This document shows, one piece after another, positions 1-9,473 of a DNA stretch of 64,000 nucleotides. Every line of letters begins with the position of its first letter. The first letter of the stretch is position 1. Position numbers and translations under genes: made by a program. Below the pieces are notes generated by a model. It worked only from the letters and a program-made list of their open reading frames with translations, did no database searches and was not told the DNA's origin. Location of the stretch: contig CM000434.1 in assembly GCA_000165345.1 (NCBI GenBank), positions 800,001-864,000 of the forward strand. The letters are read 5' to 3'.

Positions 1-2110
1 GTTTATGAATTGTAAGTTTGAGCTTCCAAATAGTTTTGAAGATCCTTTCATATCTTTTAAGGTGATTTGTGGTTAATATTAGGGAAAGATTAGTTCTTTC
101 TGGAATATTAAAATCTAGAGTAAAAATATCCCATCCACAACTTCCTGGTTTATTATATTGTTGAGAATCTAATAAGGATACCTGAAAATGATCTTCAAAC
201 TCAAATCTAGGAAATGATCTTTTGGTATTTTCAAAGATTTCTTCCAATTTCTGAAGGGAAACAGATTCTGAAGGCTTATCTAGTTCATTTTCCATGTTCT
301 TTATTAATAAATCCGAAAAATCACCATTAAAACATATAAAGTAATCTCTAATGATCTTGAGACGAGAAATTAATGAACCATTATCAGTTATAAGATCCTT
401 AAGCTTAGTATCTAATTGGGCCTGAAGTCGATTTAAAGTCAAGTGTAATGGAGTTCTATTCAAATCAGTAATCATTTCTGAGGTTATCTCAGGAATCCCA
501 AACTCATCAACAAGTTTTACATCTTCATCAGGAGGTAAAAGAGTCTTAATAATTATCCTAGTTTCACAAATATGTATTATTTGATGAGCTGTCTCTATTA
601 ATAAGAAACTTGGTACTCGACTCTCATCTATTTTTATTCCTTCCGCAATATTACCCTTTATAAAAAACTCACCCAATTTATTCTCAAAATCTATCACAGT
701 TTTTGATCTTGAATTGGTTGATCCAGGATCATATAAGTATCGTCTTGAGGTACCGTGTCTCAAGATCAAATTTAGATCTTGAAGCCAAACTGAAACGCAT
801 TTATGGAATAAATTTTCAAAGACTTTTTCTTGGTATTGGTTTCCATTATTTCTATGAATATTTAGACAAGAGAGTATGGAAGAGCAAGTTTGTCCAAATA
901 GACCTTCTAATATAGCAAAGATCTTTTCTTTTTTATGATATTGATCATTCATTCTATGTAGTAATTTTCTCAAAGTTAGCATTGGTTTGTTAGATTTAAG
1001 AAGTTCTAGGTTTGGATTTACTCCAGGATCTAATTTAGAAAGTGCTATCATTGAATCTTGTACTTCGTTTTGTTGGCTAACTATGAATTGTAAGTATTCT
1101 GAAAGTAGATCTTGAGTAAATTCAGTTAATGTTTTTGTAAGCATTGATCTTTCTTGAATATAAGAATTCTCTAGTTCTTGTTTGTAATAGTTTACAATTT
1201 GGGTCATTCTTTTATATATTGTCCCAAAATGGCAGATTTCTGTTACAATTTCTCTTGTAGTTTCCAATGAATATACTGAGGGATCTAAGATGTAAGAATC
1301 TGTTGAGATATCGTATTTAATAAATTGAGCTTCAAATCCTTGTAGAGCATAAAGGATATCATGTACTAGAGCAAGTTCTTGTGTAGGAGAAAGTAAACAC
1401 TTTTCCAAGACAAATAAAGGAACAGAATAGCTATCATTACTTTCAATAATACTGGATTCTTCTTTATATACTTCTAAACTATTATTAATACCTTCATGAT
1501 CTCCATTATTATTATAGACAGAAGTAATAGAGTGATCTTTTGAGCTGTTTCTGGTTTGAATTGCAAATTCATTATTTCCCATTGATGGTGATGAAGCTGA
1601 ATATATATTATTAGAATCTTTGAATCTACTTAAAACAGGACTAATAGAATTATTCAAGTCTCCAGCTTCTTTTAGATTGGAAATTGAATTACCAATATTT
1701 TCTTGATCATACTTGTCTCGTGATCCGGTATCGAATAATGGAAGTAGGAGTCTAAGTATTTTATCTTGAAAGCTACTGGTTTGATTTCTGGGTGAAGAAT
1801 TATTCAGTTCAGGAATTGCAAGACATAGGTTTGAAAGTTTATCATATAGTCTATTGAGTTTGTGTACTTGAGTTGATCTTCCATTGCTTAAAAGTAACTC
1901 ATGTGCATCTTCAAGAGGATTTCCAAAATTTAATTCTTTTACTCCAGAAACTATATGAGATTTAATGAGCTTTAAAGAGGCCAGATAGCATTTTTGAGCA
2001 AGTTTACTTCGTTCTGAAGTTCTATCTTTGAGTATGTTACTATTTTCAATTTCCTTGTAAACAAGTTCCTTCAGTAGTTCTGGGATAATTATGGGCTTTT
2101 CTGATATCAT
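1..2110 (-). CDS. Gamma-tubulin complex component (Spc97/Spc98, GCP family). The ATG is at 2110-2108; the C-terminus runs off the window start, so the gene is partial.
   Basis: The minus-strand frame from ATG 2110 reads open to position 1 by mental translation; no stop was seen. An in-frame TAA lies immediately upstream of the ATG. The translation begins MISEKPIIIPELLKELVYKEIENSN and carries GRIP-like stretches (DILYALQGFE, LxxLL-rich helices) typical of GCP2/3. It is not in the ORF track because it has no stop inside the window. Confidence 0.55.
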   Translation of the reverse strand, partial: MISEKPIIIPELLKELVYKEIENSNILKDRTSERSKLAQKCYLASLKLIKSHIVSGVKELNFGNPLEDAHELLLSNGRSTQVHKLNRLYDKLSNLCLAIPELNNSSPRNQTSSFQDKILRLLLPLFDTGSRDKYDQENIGNSISNLKEAGDLNNSISPVLSRFKDSNNIYSASSPSMGNNEFAIQTRNSSKDHSITSVYNNNGDHEGINNSLEVYKEESSIIESNDSYSVPLFVLEKCLLSPTQELALVHDILYALQGFEAQFIKYDISTDSYILDPSVYSLETTREIVTEICHFGTIYKRMTQIVNYYKQELENSYIQERSMLTKTLTEFTQDLLSEYLQFIVSQQNEVQDSMIALSKLDPGVNPNLELLKSNKPMLTLRKLLHRMNDQYHKKEKIFAILEGLFGQTCSSILSCLNIHRNNGNQYQEKVFENLFHKCVSVWLQDLNLILRHGTSRRYLYDPGSTNSRSKTVIDFENKLGEFFIKGNIAEGIKIDESRVPSFLLIETAHQIIHICETRIIIKTLLPPDEDVKLVDEFGIPEITSEMITDLNRTPLHLTLNRLQAQLDTKLKDLITDNGSLISRLKIIRDYFICFNGDFSDLLIKNMENELDKPSESVSLQKLEEIFENTKRSFPRFEFEDHFQVSLLDSQQYNKPGSCGWDIFTLDFNIPERTNLSLILTTNHLKRYERIFKTIWKLKLTIHK

Positions 2111-2172
2111 TGTTTAAATATATATATTGGGATTTCTTTGGATGTTAAAGTAGTCCAATATATTGCCGCTTT

Positions 2173-2201
2173 TACTACTACTACTACTACTACTACTACT
2201 A
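2173..2201. repeat. (TAC)n trinucleotide microsatellite, about 9 units
   Basis: TACTACTACTACTACTACTACTACTACT lies in the divergent GCP / eIF2B-epsilon spacer. A CA-rich ACACACATACACACACAAAG run is at about 2330-2350. Confidence 0.8.
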
Positions 2202-2816
2202 TTAATACCACAACTAATGAGCACTAATTTATTAGTAATAGTTCCTGAAAAGGAAATGTAGGAGTAGCAAGAAAGAGAAAAATTGGAAATAGACTTTAAG
2301 AACTATTTACATTCAAGTATTCCCACACACATACACACACAAAGTTACTTATTTTTGTTGTTTTCCTTTCTTTTAAGCCACTTTTAATTTACATGCGAAA
2401 GATCTTGAGACGTTAACTTGTTATAAGCTTGACAAGAAACCACACCAATCAAAATTAATTAATTCAAAGATTATAAATTAAATTATTCTTACAGATTTCT
2501 ATTTAATTATCCAAATTTTAATGATTTTTATTTTTTCTATAAATTTTTTTTAATATTAAGTTACCCGTGATTTTTTTCTAGTTGATATGCCCTAAAAACA
2601 CACTTTCCCGCCAAAACATTCGGTACTTAAAAAAAACAAGCCGGTATACAAAAAAAAAAATAACTTTGGAGGAAGAGAGAAGAAATAATAATAATTCAGA
2701 CATAAGTTTTATGAGCTTTGTGTTTTTGGTAAATTTTAAGAAAAGATTTTACTTAAGATACTGACCATAGTGTTATTATTAGCTTTGCTGTATTTATTGG
2801 TATCGGTAATTAGGTG

Positions 2817-5195
2817 ATGGATAAAAAAAATACCGGATCAGTAACACAAAGCGTGGGAGGAAATAAAATGAGCGAGTTAGAGTTTACATCATTACCAGCA
2901 GTGGTAGTAGTGGAAAGTTTAGGAGTAGATTCATTTTTACCAATATCATGTGAATTTCCTGAATCATTATTACCAATAAATGGGGTACCGATAATTAATT
3001 ATATAATTGAGATGCTGCTTAAGAATGGTGTAACTGAGATATATTTATTGGCGTATTCTCATAAGGATTTGTTAATGGATCACATTGAAGGATTAAAATC
3101 ATCCAATAAAAAGTTAAGATCATTAAATATTCAAATTATTCAGCTTGGAGTACATTGTAATTCAATTGGAGATGCATTAAGAGATTTAGATTGTCAAGTA
3201 GATATCAGAGACGACTTTGTTTTAATACAAGGGGGATTGCTTTGTGTGGCTGATATAAAGGAAGTAGTTCAAATTCACAAAAAGAAGAGAAGTAGTCAGG
3301 TACCAAATTTATCAATGACAATGATATTTATGGAAAGCCCACCATTAAGTACATTAAGAACAAAAAAGAATGAGAATTTGGTGATCTATGATCAGGTATC
3401 GAATGAATTGGTTCATTGGGGTAAATTTGATGATGATTACTGTTCCAGATTGTCAATGAAGACTTTAATGAGGAACTCGAGTTCATCTTATTATGGTACA
3501 AGTAAATGCATCATTAGATATGATTTATTGGATATAGGACTTGCAATATGTTCTCCTCAATTGCTTAAGACTTTTTGTGAGACCTTTGATTTTACTGATC
3601 TATTTAATGATTTTGTGCAAAATGCATTAAGCTCTGATATTAAACAAGATGTAATAGATGTTTCAATAATGTCTCAGTATGCTGTTAAGATCACAGACTT
3701 TAGGACATATCATGTAGCACAACAACATGTATGTGAAGGATGGGCATTCCCAATGGTACCGGATTATTGTAGTATATCAGGACAGAATGTACAAAGATAC
3801 CAAGGATTTAGTGTATTTTTGGGAGATAATGTAAATATAAGTCCAAGTTCTGAGATTGGATCAATAGTTACTATAGGGAAATCAACAAAGATTGGAAATA
3901 ATTGTAAGATCTCGGATTCTTTTATTGGTGAGAATTGTGTGATTGGAGACAATTGCATCATTAAAGGATGTTCAATATTAGATAATACCGTTATTGAGAA
4001 TAACGTTGAATTGGATTCAAGTTTTATTTCGAGTAATGCTAAGATTATGAGTAATGTAATAGTGAATCCATGTTGTTTAATAGGATCTGGGATTATTATT
4101 CAAGAGAATTCAAAAATTGAATCTTTTAGTAGGGTATCGAGATATATTTCAAGATCTATACTACTTGAGAATCTAAAAAATAAATCTCAAAAAGGTTTTG
4201 AACAAGATGAAAGTGAATTAAGAAGTAATAGTAACTCTCCAAGTATGAATTCTAGACGATTTAAACTTTTAGATGAGACGGATTTATCTTTATTAAGTAA
4301 TATGACAAAAGATGGAGCAATATTGAATGGCGTGATTTGGCCTGAAGATAAGTTAGCTAAGCTGGAAAATCACGAGATCACAAATGAGGATGTACTTTCT
4401 AATATTGTTTTATTTGATTCATCTAGAAACAGAGAGACTGTTTGTAGTAGTGATTCAGAAAGTTCTGATGATGAAGATTTTGATGGAGAGATAATTAGAA
4501 GAGGTAGAAAAGGCATTCAAGGAGGTACCGGAGGGTTGAATAAGGTTAATAATGGAGAAGAGGAGGATGAGGATGATGAAGAGGAAGATGAAGATTCACG
4601 GGAATTTTTTGAAGAGTCTGTGCTACTTATAAAATCTGGACTTGAAAATCCGGTACATATGTCTAATAAGATCTTAGAGTTGAAAGGATTAAGATTTGCA
4701 TTCTTTAAAGATGATCTTGATATTTTAGATACATGTATAATCATGGCATTGGATCTACTTGGTAAAAACTCAAAGGAGTTTCTGGTGGAAGAGAAAGGGT
4801 TTAATAATAATAATAGTACTAGTACAAGAATAGATTTGGATAGATTTAGATCATTTTGTGAGAAGAAAGGCATTTTAGAGCTGGTATCGGCTTTTAATAG
4901 GTCTGAGGATGAAGCCTTTACTGGCTTAATTTGTTCAAAGTTGTTAGAATTTGCTTTAAAAAAGGATTTCCCTCTTCCTTTTGGATCTCTCTTAGTTACT
5001 TTTGAGAGATTGGATCTTATTAATCAGTCTTTCATCCCAAATTGGTATGATAGCGTGATTGGAGGATCAGGAACTGAGACCAAAACAAAAGATGAGGTCT
5101 TATCAATTTTGAGATCAGACTTTGTGGTGAAGTACATTGAATGGCTTAAAGAAGATGAAGAAGATGACGAAGAGGATGAAGAGGATGATGATTAA
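2817..5195 (+). CDS. Translation initiation factor eIF2B epsilon subunit. The ORF track starts at GTG 2814; the first ATG is 2817 and an alternative ATG is 2868.
   Basis: N-terminal nucleotidyl-transferase-like fold (PAVVVVESLGVDSFLPIS...VPIINYIIEMLLKNGVTEIYLL). Left-handed beta-helix hexapeptide repeats (NVIVNPCCLIGSGIIIQENSKIE). C-terminal W2 domain with acidic/aromatic boxes ending WLKEDEEDDEEDEEDDD. Confidence 0.8.
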   Translation: MDKKNTGSVTQSVGGNKMSELEFTSLPAVVVVESLGVDSFLPISCEFPESLLPINGVPIINYIIEMLLKNGVTEIYLLAYSHKDLLMDHIEGLKSSNKKLRSLNIQIIQLGVHCNSIGDALRDLDCQVDIRDDFVLIQGGLLCVADIKEVVQIHKKKRSSQVPNLSMTMIFMESPPLSTLRTKKNENLVIYDQVSNELVHWGKFDDDYCSRLSMKTLMRNSSSSYYGTSKCIIRYDLLDIGLAICSPQLLKTFCETFDFTDLFNDFVQNALSSDIKQDVIDVSIMSQYAVKITDFRTYHVAQQHVCEGWAFPMVPDYCSISGQNVQRYQGFSVFLGDNVNISPSSEIGSIVTIGKSTKIGNNCKISDSFIGENCVIGDNCIIKGCSILDNTVIENNVELDSSFISSNAKIMSNVIVNPCCLIGSGIIIQENSKIESFSRVSRYISRSILLENLKNKSQKGFEQDESELRSNSNSPSMNSRRFKLLDETDLSLLSNMTKDGAILNGVIWPEDKLAKLENHEITNEDVLSNIVLFDSSRNRETVCSSDSESSDDEDFDGEIIRRGRKGIQGGTGGLNKVNNGEEEDEDDEEEDEDSREFFEESVLLIKSGLENPVHMSNKILELKGLRFAFFKDDLDILDTCIIMALDLLGKNSKEFLVEEKGFNNNNSTSTRIDLDRFRSFCEKKGILELVSAFNRSEDEAFTGLICSKLLEFALKKDFPLPFGSLLVTFERLDLINQSFIPNWYDSVIGGSGTETKTKDEVLSILRSDFVVKYIEWLKEDEEDDEEDEEDDD

Positions 5196-5342
5196 AATAA
5201 GGATAGCAGCAAATAATACAATAGAAAGACTCCAATAATGGAGAATGATAAGTAAAAACTAGGATTAGTAGTACTTCTAACTCATATAATTTATTTATAA
5301 TAACGGTTTGTTTGTTCAATATAAATATAGGAAGGTAATATA

Positions 5343-6224
5343 TTATTCATTTGAATGAAACGGAGAGACGGATCTAGAAAGTGATCTAGTTCTACCGCCC
5401 GTGATAACTTTTTTATCTAATGGTACCTTTGTATCAGATAGAGGAGGGGAAGGAGAAGGAGTGGGAGATCTGGGCTGATAAGAGTCCTGGTTAAAACCAG
5501 ACTGGAGTTTAAGGTCGTTATTTAAAGTATTCAAAAGTCTCTCTTCAATCTTCTTCTTAATGGAATAGATCTTTGATAATTTACTATCCCATTCAAGTTT
5601 TTTGATCTGTTGATATGCAAGAGGAACAGGAATACTTTCTAAATTTAATAAGGTATCGTTAATATCATGAAGATTAGAATTAGTCTCTAGATTTGATGGA
5701 ATATATTTCTGAATTTCAAAGTCGGAAGAAATCTCAATCTTTTCACCACTTTCTAAAGTAAGATATCGTTTTTCTATAAGATCTGCAGCAGAGCTTTCAT
5801 TTTGAAATTCTATTATAATAGAATTGGAGTTAATATTAGGATCTTGTCTCTTAATACTAACAATTTGTCCATATTTCTGAAAAATGGATGTAATTCTCAA
5901 GTCTGACAAAGAACTTGGTAAATTTTTTACCGATATTTCTCTATTTGAGACAATTCTTTTTTGCTCAGATTTTTGAATTTGTATTGGTGGCAGTACCGTT
6001 ATTGACATAGGTACCCCAAGTAACGTTGAACCATTAAATCCAATACTTTTTGTGACACCATTTGAAGATTTAAATGAGATTTGGCAGAATCTTTGGTCAC
6101 TTTCTGGGTAATTATGGAATTCAATATCAATAATTTCATCCTCAAGTTCATTGAATATATTAAGTACCGACTTTTTATTTGCAAGTGGGGATAAGTTTCT
6201 GATAAATACGCAATTTTCTGTCAT
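5343..6224 (-). CDS. RNA-binding protein with two RRM-like domains
   Basis: The ATG at 6224-6222 was verified. RNP-like segments include CVFIRNLSP...SIGF and ISVKNLPSSLSDLRITSIFQKYGQIVSIKRQ. The protein is 293 aa with a Ser/Pro-rich C-terminus. Confidence 0.6.
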   Translation of the reverse strand: MTENCVFIRNLSPLANKKSVLNIFNELEDEIIDIEFHNYPESDQRFCQISFKSSNGVTKSIGFNGSTLLGVPMSITVLPPIQIQKSEQKRIVSNREISVKNLPSSLSDLRITSIFQKYGQIVSIKRQDPNINSNSIIIEFQNESSAADLIEKRYLTLESGEKIEISSDFEIQKYIPSNLETNSNLHDINDTLLNLESIPVPLAYQQIKKLEWDSKLSKIYSIKKKIEERLLNTLNNDLKLQSGFNQDSYQPRSPTPSPSPPLSDTKVPLDKKVITGGRTRSLSRSVSPFHSNE

Positions 6225-6430
6225 ATTAATGTGAGATTTTGAAGCAAAGTTTTTCTAAGAATGTATAATTGGAAGAATTAGAAGGAGTTCCTGTCGTCCT
6301 TAAGTCAATTCAGATGGAGATCCTTGATTAATTATATATAAATAATTTTATGTGGTTTATAAGAGAAAGAGATGTTGGATTAAAAAAAAATGGGATTTTT
6401 TTTTTCCAAGTCAAATTGCTGTGCATCATT

Positions 6431-6490
6431 GCCTATACCGGCGTATTACGAATTACCGGTATAGGAAAATAAATAAATGCCGGTATAGGC
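6431..6490. promoter_or_regulatory. Inverted-repeat CCGGTATAGG element with an extra third copy, in a bidirectional promoter
   Basis: GCCTATACCGG-cgtattacgaatta-CCGGTATAGG-aaaataaataaatg-CCGGTATAGGC forms a palindromic pair plus a third direct copy, with an embedded TTACG core. It lies between the divergent genes 5343..6224(-) and 6549..7118(+). Confidence 0.5.
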
Positions 6491-6548
6491 AAAAATATTA
6501 AAAAAAAAAAATAATAAAAAATATATAAAAAAGAAAATAAGTGACTAA

Positions 6549-7118
6549 ATGAATGATTTTGATATTATTGAGTCGCAACTTGCGAAGATTAATGAACTCA
6601 GAAATCAGGTAGAAGGTATTGAAAAAACCAACTTTAATAATGTAAACAACAAAACTATTATAGATAAGAATTTAGAGATTTCAATAAGTTCAGAAAGTAC
6701 TCTTCAAGAAAGATATAAATCTATAAATCTTCTTTATCTTGTTGGCCAGAAAAAGCTGATTAGGGAGATAATCAATACTCAAAGTCCATCAAATCTTACA
6801 AATTTGATTAAAAGAATGATTAATACTCCTCCAATTGGTGATTCTATAGAAAAGATGGCTTGTAATAGAAATACTTGGATTGACGAATCAATTTGGCAGC
6901 TTTCTAAAGTTAGTAGCGAAGATAATTCTGATAATACTGCTTCTAGTGATATTAATGATAAAGATAAGAACTTATCAGAGATTCTAGAGTTATTGAATCA
7001 TTATAAATACCACTTTGACTCTTCACTACAACTTAGTGGAGCTATAAATCTATCAATTGGGATGCTTAATAATTCCAATAAAGAAGAATCCATTAACTCT
7101 TCCTCCTCCCCTAAGTAG
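6549..7118 (+). CDS. Hypothetical protein, Asn/Ser-rich, 189 aa
   Basis: The ATG at 6549 was verified and the ORF is clean. No recognisable domain. It is transcribed divergently from the RRM gene across a palindromic CCGGTATAGG spacer. Confidence 0.45.
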   Translation: MNDFDIIESQLAKINELRNQVEGIEKTNFNNVNNKTIIDKNLEISISSESTLQERYKSINLLYLVGQKKLIREIINTQSPSNLTNLIKRMINTPPIGDSIEKMACNRNTWIDESIWQLSKVSSEDNSDNTASSDINDKDKNLSEILELLNHYKYHFDSSLQLSGAINLSIGMLNNSNKEESINSSSSPK

Positions 7119-7252
7119 AAATAAATACTAACTTTAACAAAAATTCTAGTAAAGACAAAGAATCTTTCTAGGTAGTAATAAACTAATTATTATAAATAAA
7201 ACTCTAAAAAGTATATTGTACTACATTTCTAACCAGTAACATTTGGAAAGGT

Positions 7253-8102
7253 TCATTTCCTCTTTCCTCCTTTTCTTCCTTTTCCTCCTCCTTGCTTAGA
7301 TGGTTTATTAGTATTCTTAGTTATCTCAAAGTTATTTGTCTTACTAATATGCTTAGATACCTTCTTATTCTTATTAAGATCAGATTTCTTGGAATTTTCA
7401 GAAAAGTACTTATCAAAAGATTCTTCAATAGAAGCACTATTTTTATGATCACTCTTTTTCCAATTCTCAATTTCCCTCAAATTCTTCTTGGTTTCTTGCT
7501 TTCTAAGTTTCTTCTTCTCTACCTGGATCTTCTTAGTGAACTTTTTCTCAACATATTTTTGTTTTTTAAGTTCAACAGCCTTTATTTTCTGCTCCTGTTT
7601 AAGTAAATCCATCTTAATTTTCTTCATATGTTGGTCTGTTTTAAGCATTTCAGCTAACATATCATCTGGTCTATTCCAGTTTATATTCATCTTTTCCAAA
7701 ATTTCACATCCTTTATTCACATTTCTCAAAGTATTTGAATAAAAGTATGATTCTCTTTTTGTATTATCTTTGTAATCAATCTTTTCCTCATTTCCTACCT
7801 TATCCACTATAGCTAAAGTTTCTATAAAAGGTACATTTTTCATTCCTAATTGAATCCCATAGTCCAAAGCTGAGATCTTTCTCTTTATTCCTTCCTCATC
7901 CAAAACTAATTTATTCCCTATTTTAATTAATGGAATTCAATTAATAAAAATATAAAGTAAAAAACAAGTTATTAAGTAAATTTTCTGTATTAATTTTATT
8001 CCTTTCAGGTATTAAACTAAACTTACCTCTATCAATGCTTATTCTCTCTCCTTGATTATCTTCTAAAACGTGAGTTTCCAGCTCACTGTCAGAATCTGAC
8101 AT
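7253..8102 (-). CDS. EBP2: rRNA-processing protein Ebp2 (EBNA1BP2 family). Two exons: complement(join(7253..7917,8027..8102)), with a 109-nt intron at 7918..8026.
   Basis: The ORF-track start at 7903 is a TTG. The frame continues upstream as NKLVLDEEGIK to an AG acceptor (rc of 7918-7919). The donor is GTAAGT (rc of 8021-8026). Exon 1 reads ATG(8102)-MSDSDSELETHVLEDNQGERISIDR in phase 1. RPDDMLAEMLKTDQHMKKIKMDLLKQEQ matches the Ebp2 core (yeast RPDDYFAEMAKSDEHMEKIRQKL). The C-terminus is a basic GGGKGRKGGKRK tail. Confidence 0.8.
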
Positions 8103-8316
8103 CCTTGCCTTTAAGTTTTCTCTTATCTATTTAATACTTAAAGGAGACAAAAAATTTATCTAAATAAAAAATAACAAGTTTATCAGCAAGTTCTACTCTG
8201 CTTGTATACTTGTTTTTTATTTTCTTTTAAATTCACACCCTCTTTTACTAATTAGTAATATTTCCTATTCACTTTTTTACCCTTTTTTTGTAAAGCCAAC
8301 AATGTCACAAACGACA

Positions 8317-8353
8317 TTTGGCGCGAGCGCCATGATGCATAATGCCGGTATAG
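8317..8353. promoter_or_regulatory. E2F-like box TTTGGCGCGAGCGCCATG plus a CCGGTATAG motif, about 215 bp upstream of Ebp2
   Basis: A GC-rich palindromic GGCGC...GCGCC lies in an otherwise roughly 25% GC spacer. CCGGTATAG is at 8345-8353. Confidence 0.5.
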
Positions 8354-9473
8354 ATACCTTTTAAGTGTAAAATAGGCAAGAAAAAAAAACAAAAATTTGT
8401 ATTTAATAAATAAATATTTATATATATATATATATATGTATATATAAATATACACAAAATAAATAAGGGATTAAATATAATTCTTGAAATTTCCTCTATT
8501 TCCCCTTTATTATTTTATACTTTTAAATACCAATTTCTCAAACTGGAAAATATTGGTTTAAATTTAGGTGAATAAATCACTAATTCTCACTTTATTGAAT
8601 AGGAATTAGATGATATTTGATTTTTTTATAGATTTATTAAGGAAAAATATTATTAAACATCTTCCTTTGAAATAGAAATGAATAGCAGATATTTTCAGTG
8701 TATTGTCTAAAGTTTCTTAATATCGTTTGGATATTTACGAATTTGAAATATTATTATTCTGAAAATGTGGTTATAACAATATTTTGAATCCAAATTCTGA
8801 ATAGTTTTTCTATAAGAAACAAAATCTTTGTTAACCAAAGAGGTTTTTCTTTTTTAATGTAAATGCAAAGAAGAAAAATAGTAATAAAGAAACGATTAAA
8901 GCTGAAATGTTGAACAATAGTTAATATCTTTGATATAATTCATTTTGTAATTATATTCAACAAATTCAGTATCTTGCTTTTAAGTATTCAACGAATATCT
9001 TGTAATGTTACCGACGTAATAAGTATTGATTGCTTATTAATAATGATTAATAAAGTGCTTCCAAACAATTTTTTTTAATCGTTTAACAATATTATTGAAT
9101 GAGTAGTTGATTTAACTGTTTGTATTGAAAAATCTTTAGATGGTAATTCCTCTACTCTTATTATTTTGTTTATATTATTAAAAACTCAAATTACATCTTT
9201 TCCCATTGTTTGACAGAAATTTTTCAATGGAATTCAAGACCATATAATATTAAATAACGTAGGTGTTTCCATTTCTTAGGTTTGAATTTTCCTTTAAACA
9301 ATATTACTACTGAAGTATTATTTTCTTTTCCAATGAATTTAAGCGTTTCATGTTGGATCTTGATCCAATAATTTACATATTTATTATCATTACGATATCT
9401 GATAATTGTGCATTAGTGTTAATAACACTCAAGCTATTCTTGTAAGCAGTATTATGTTTCGAAATAGTCTCAC

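Noticed and set aside
703-915. A 70-aa plus-strand ORF inside the GCP gene
   Set aside because: It is antisense to a long conserved minus-strand ORF, with no start context or homology.
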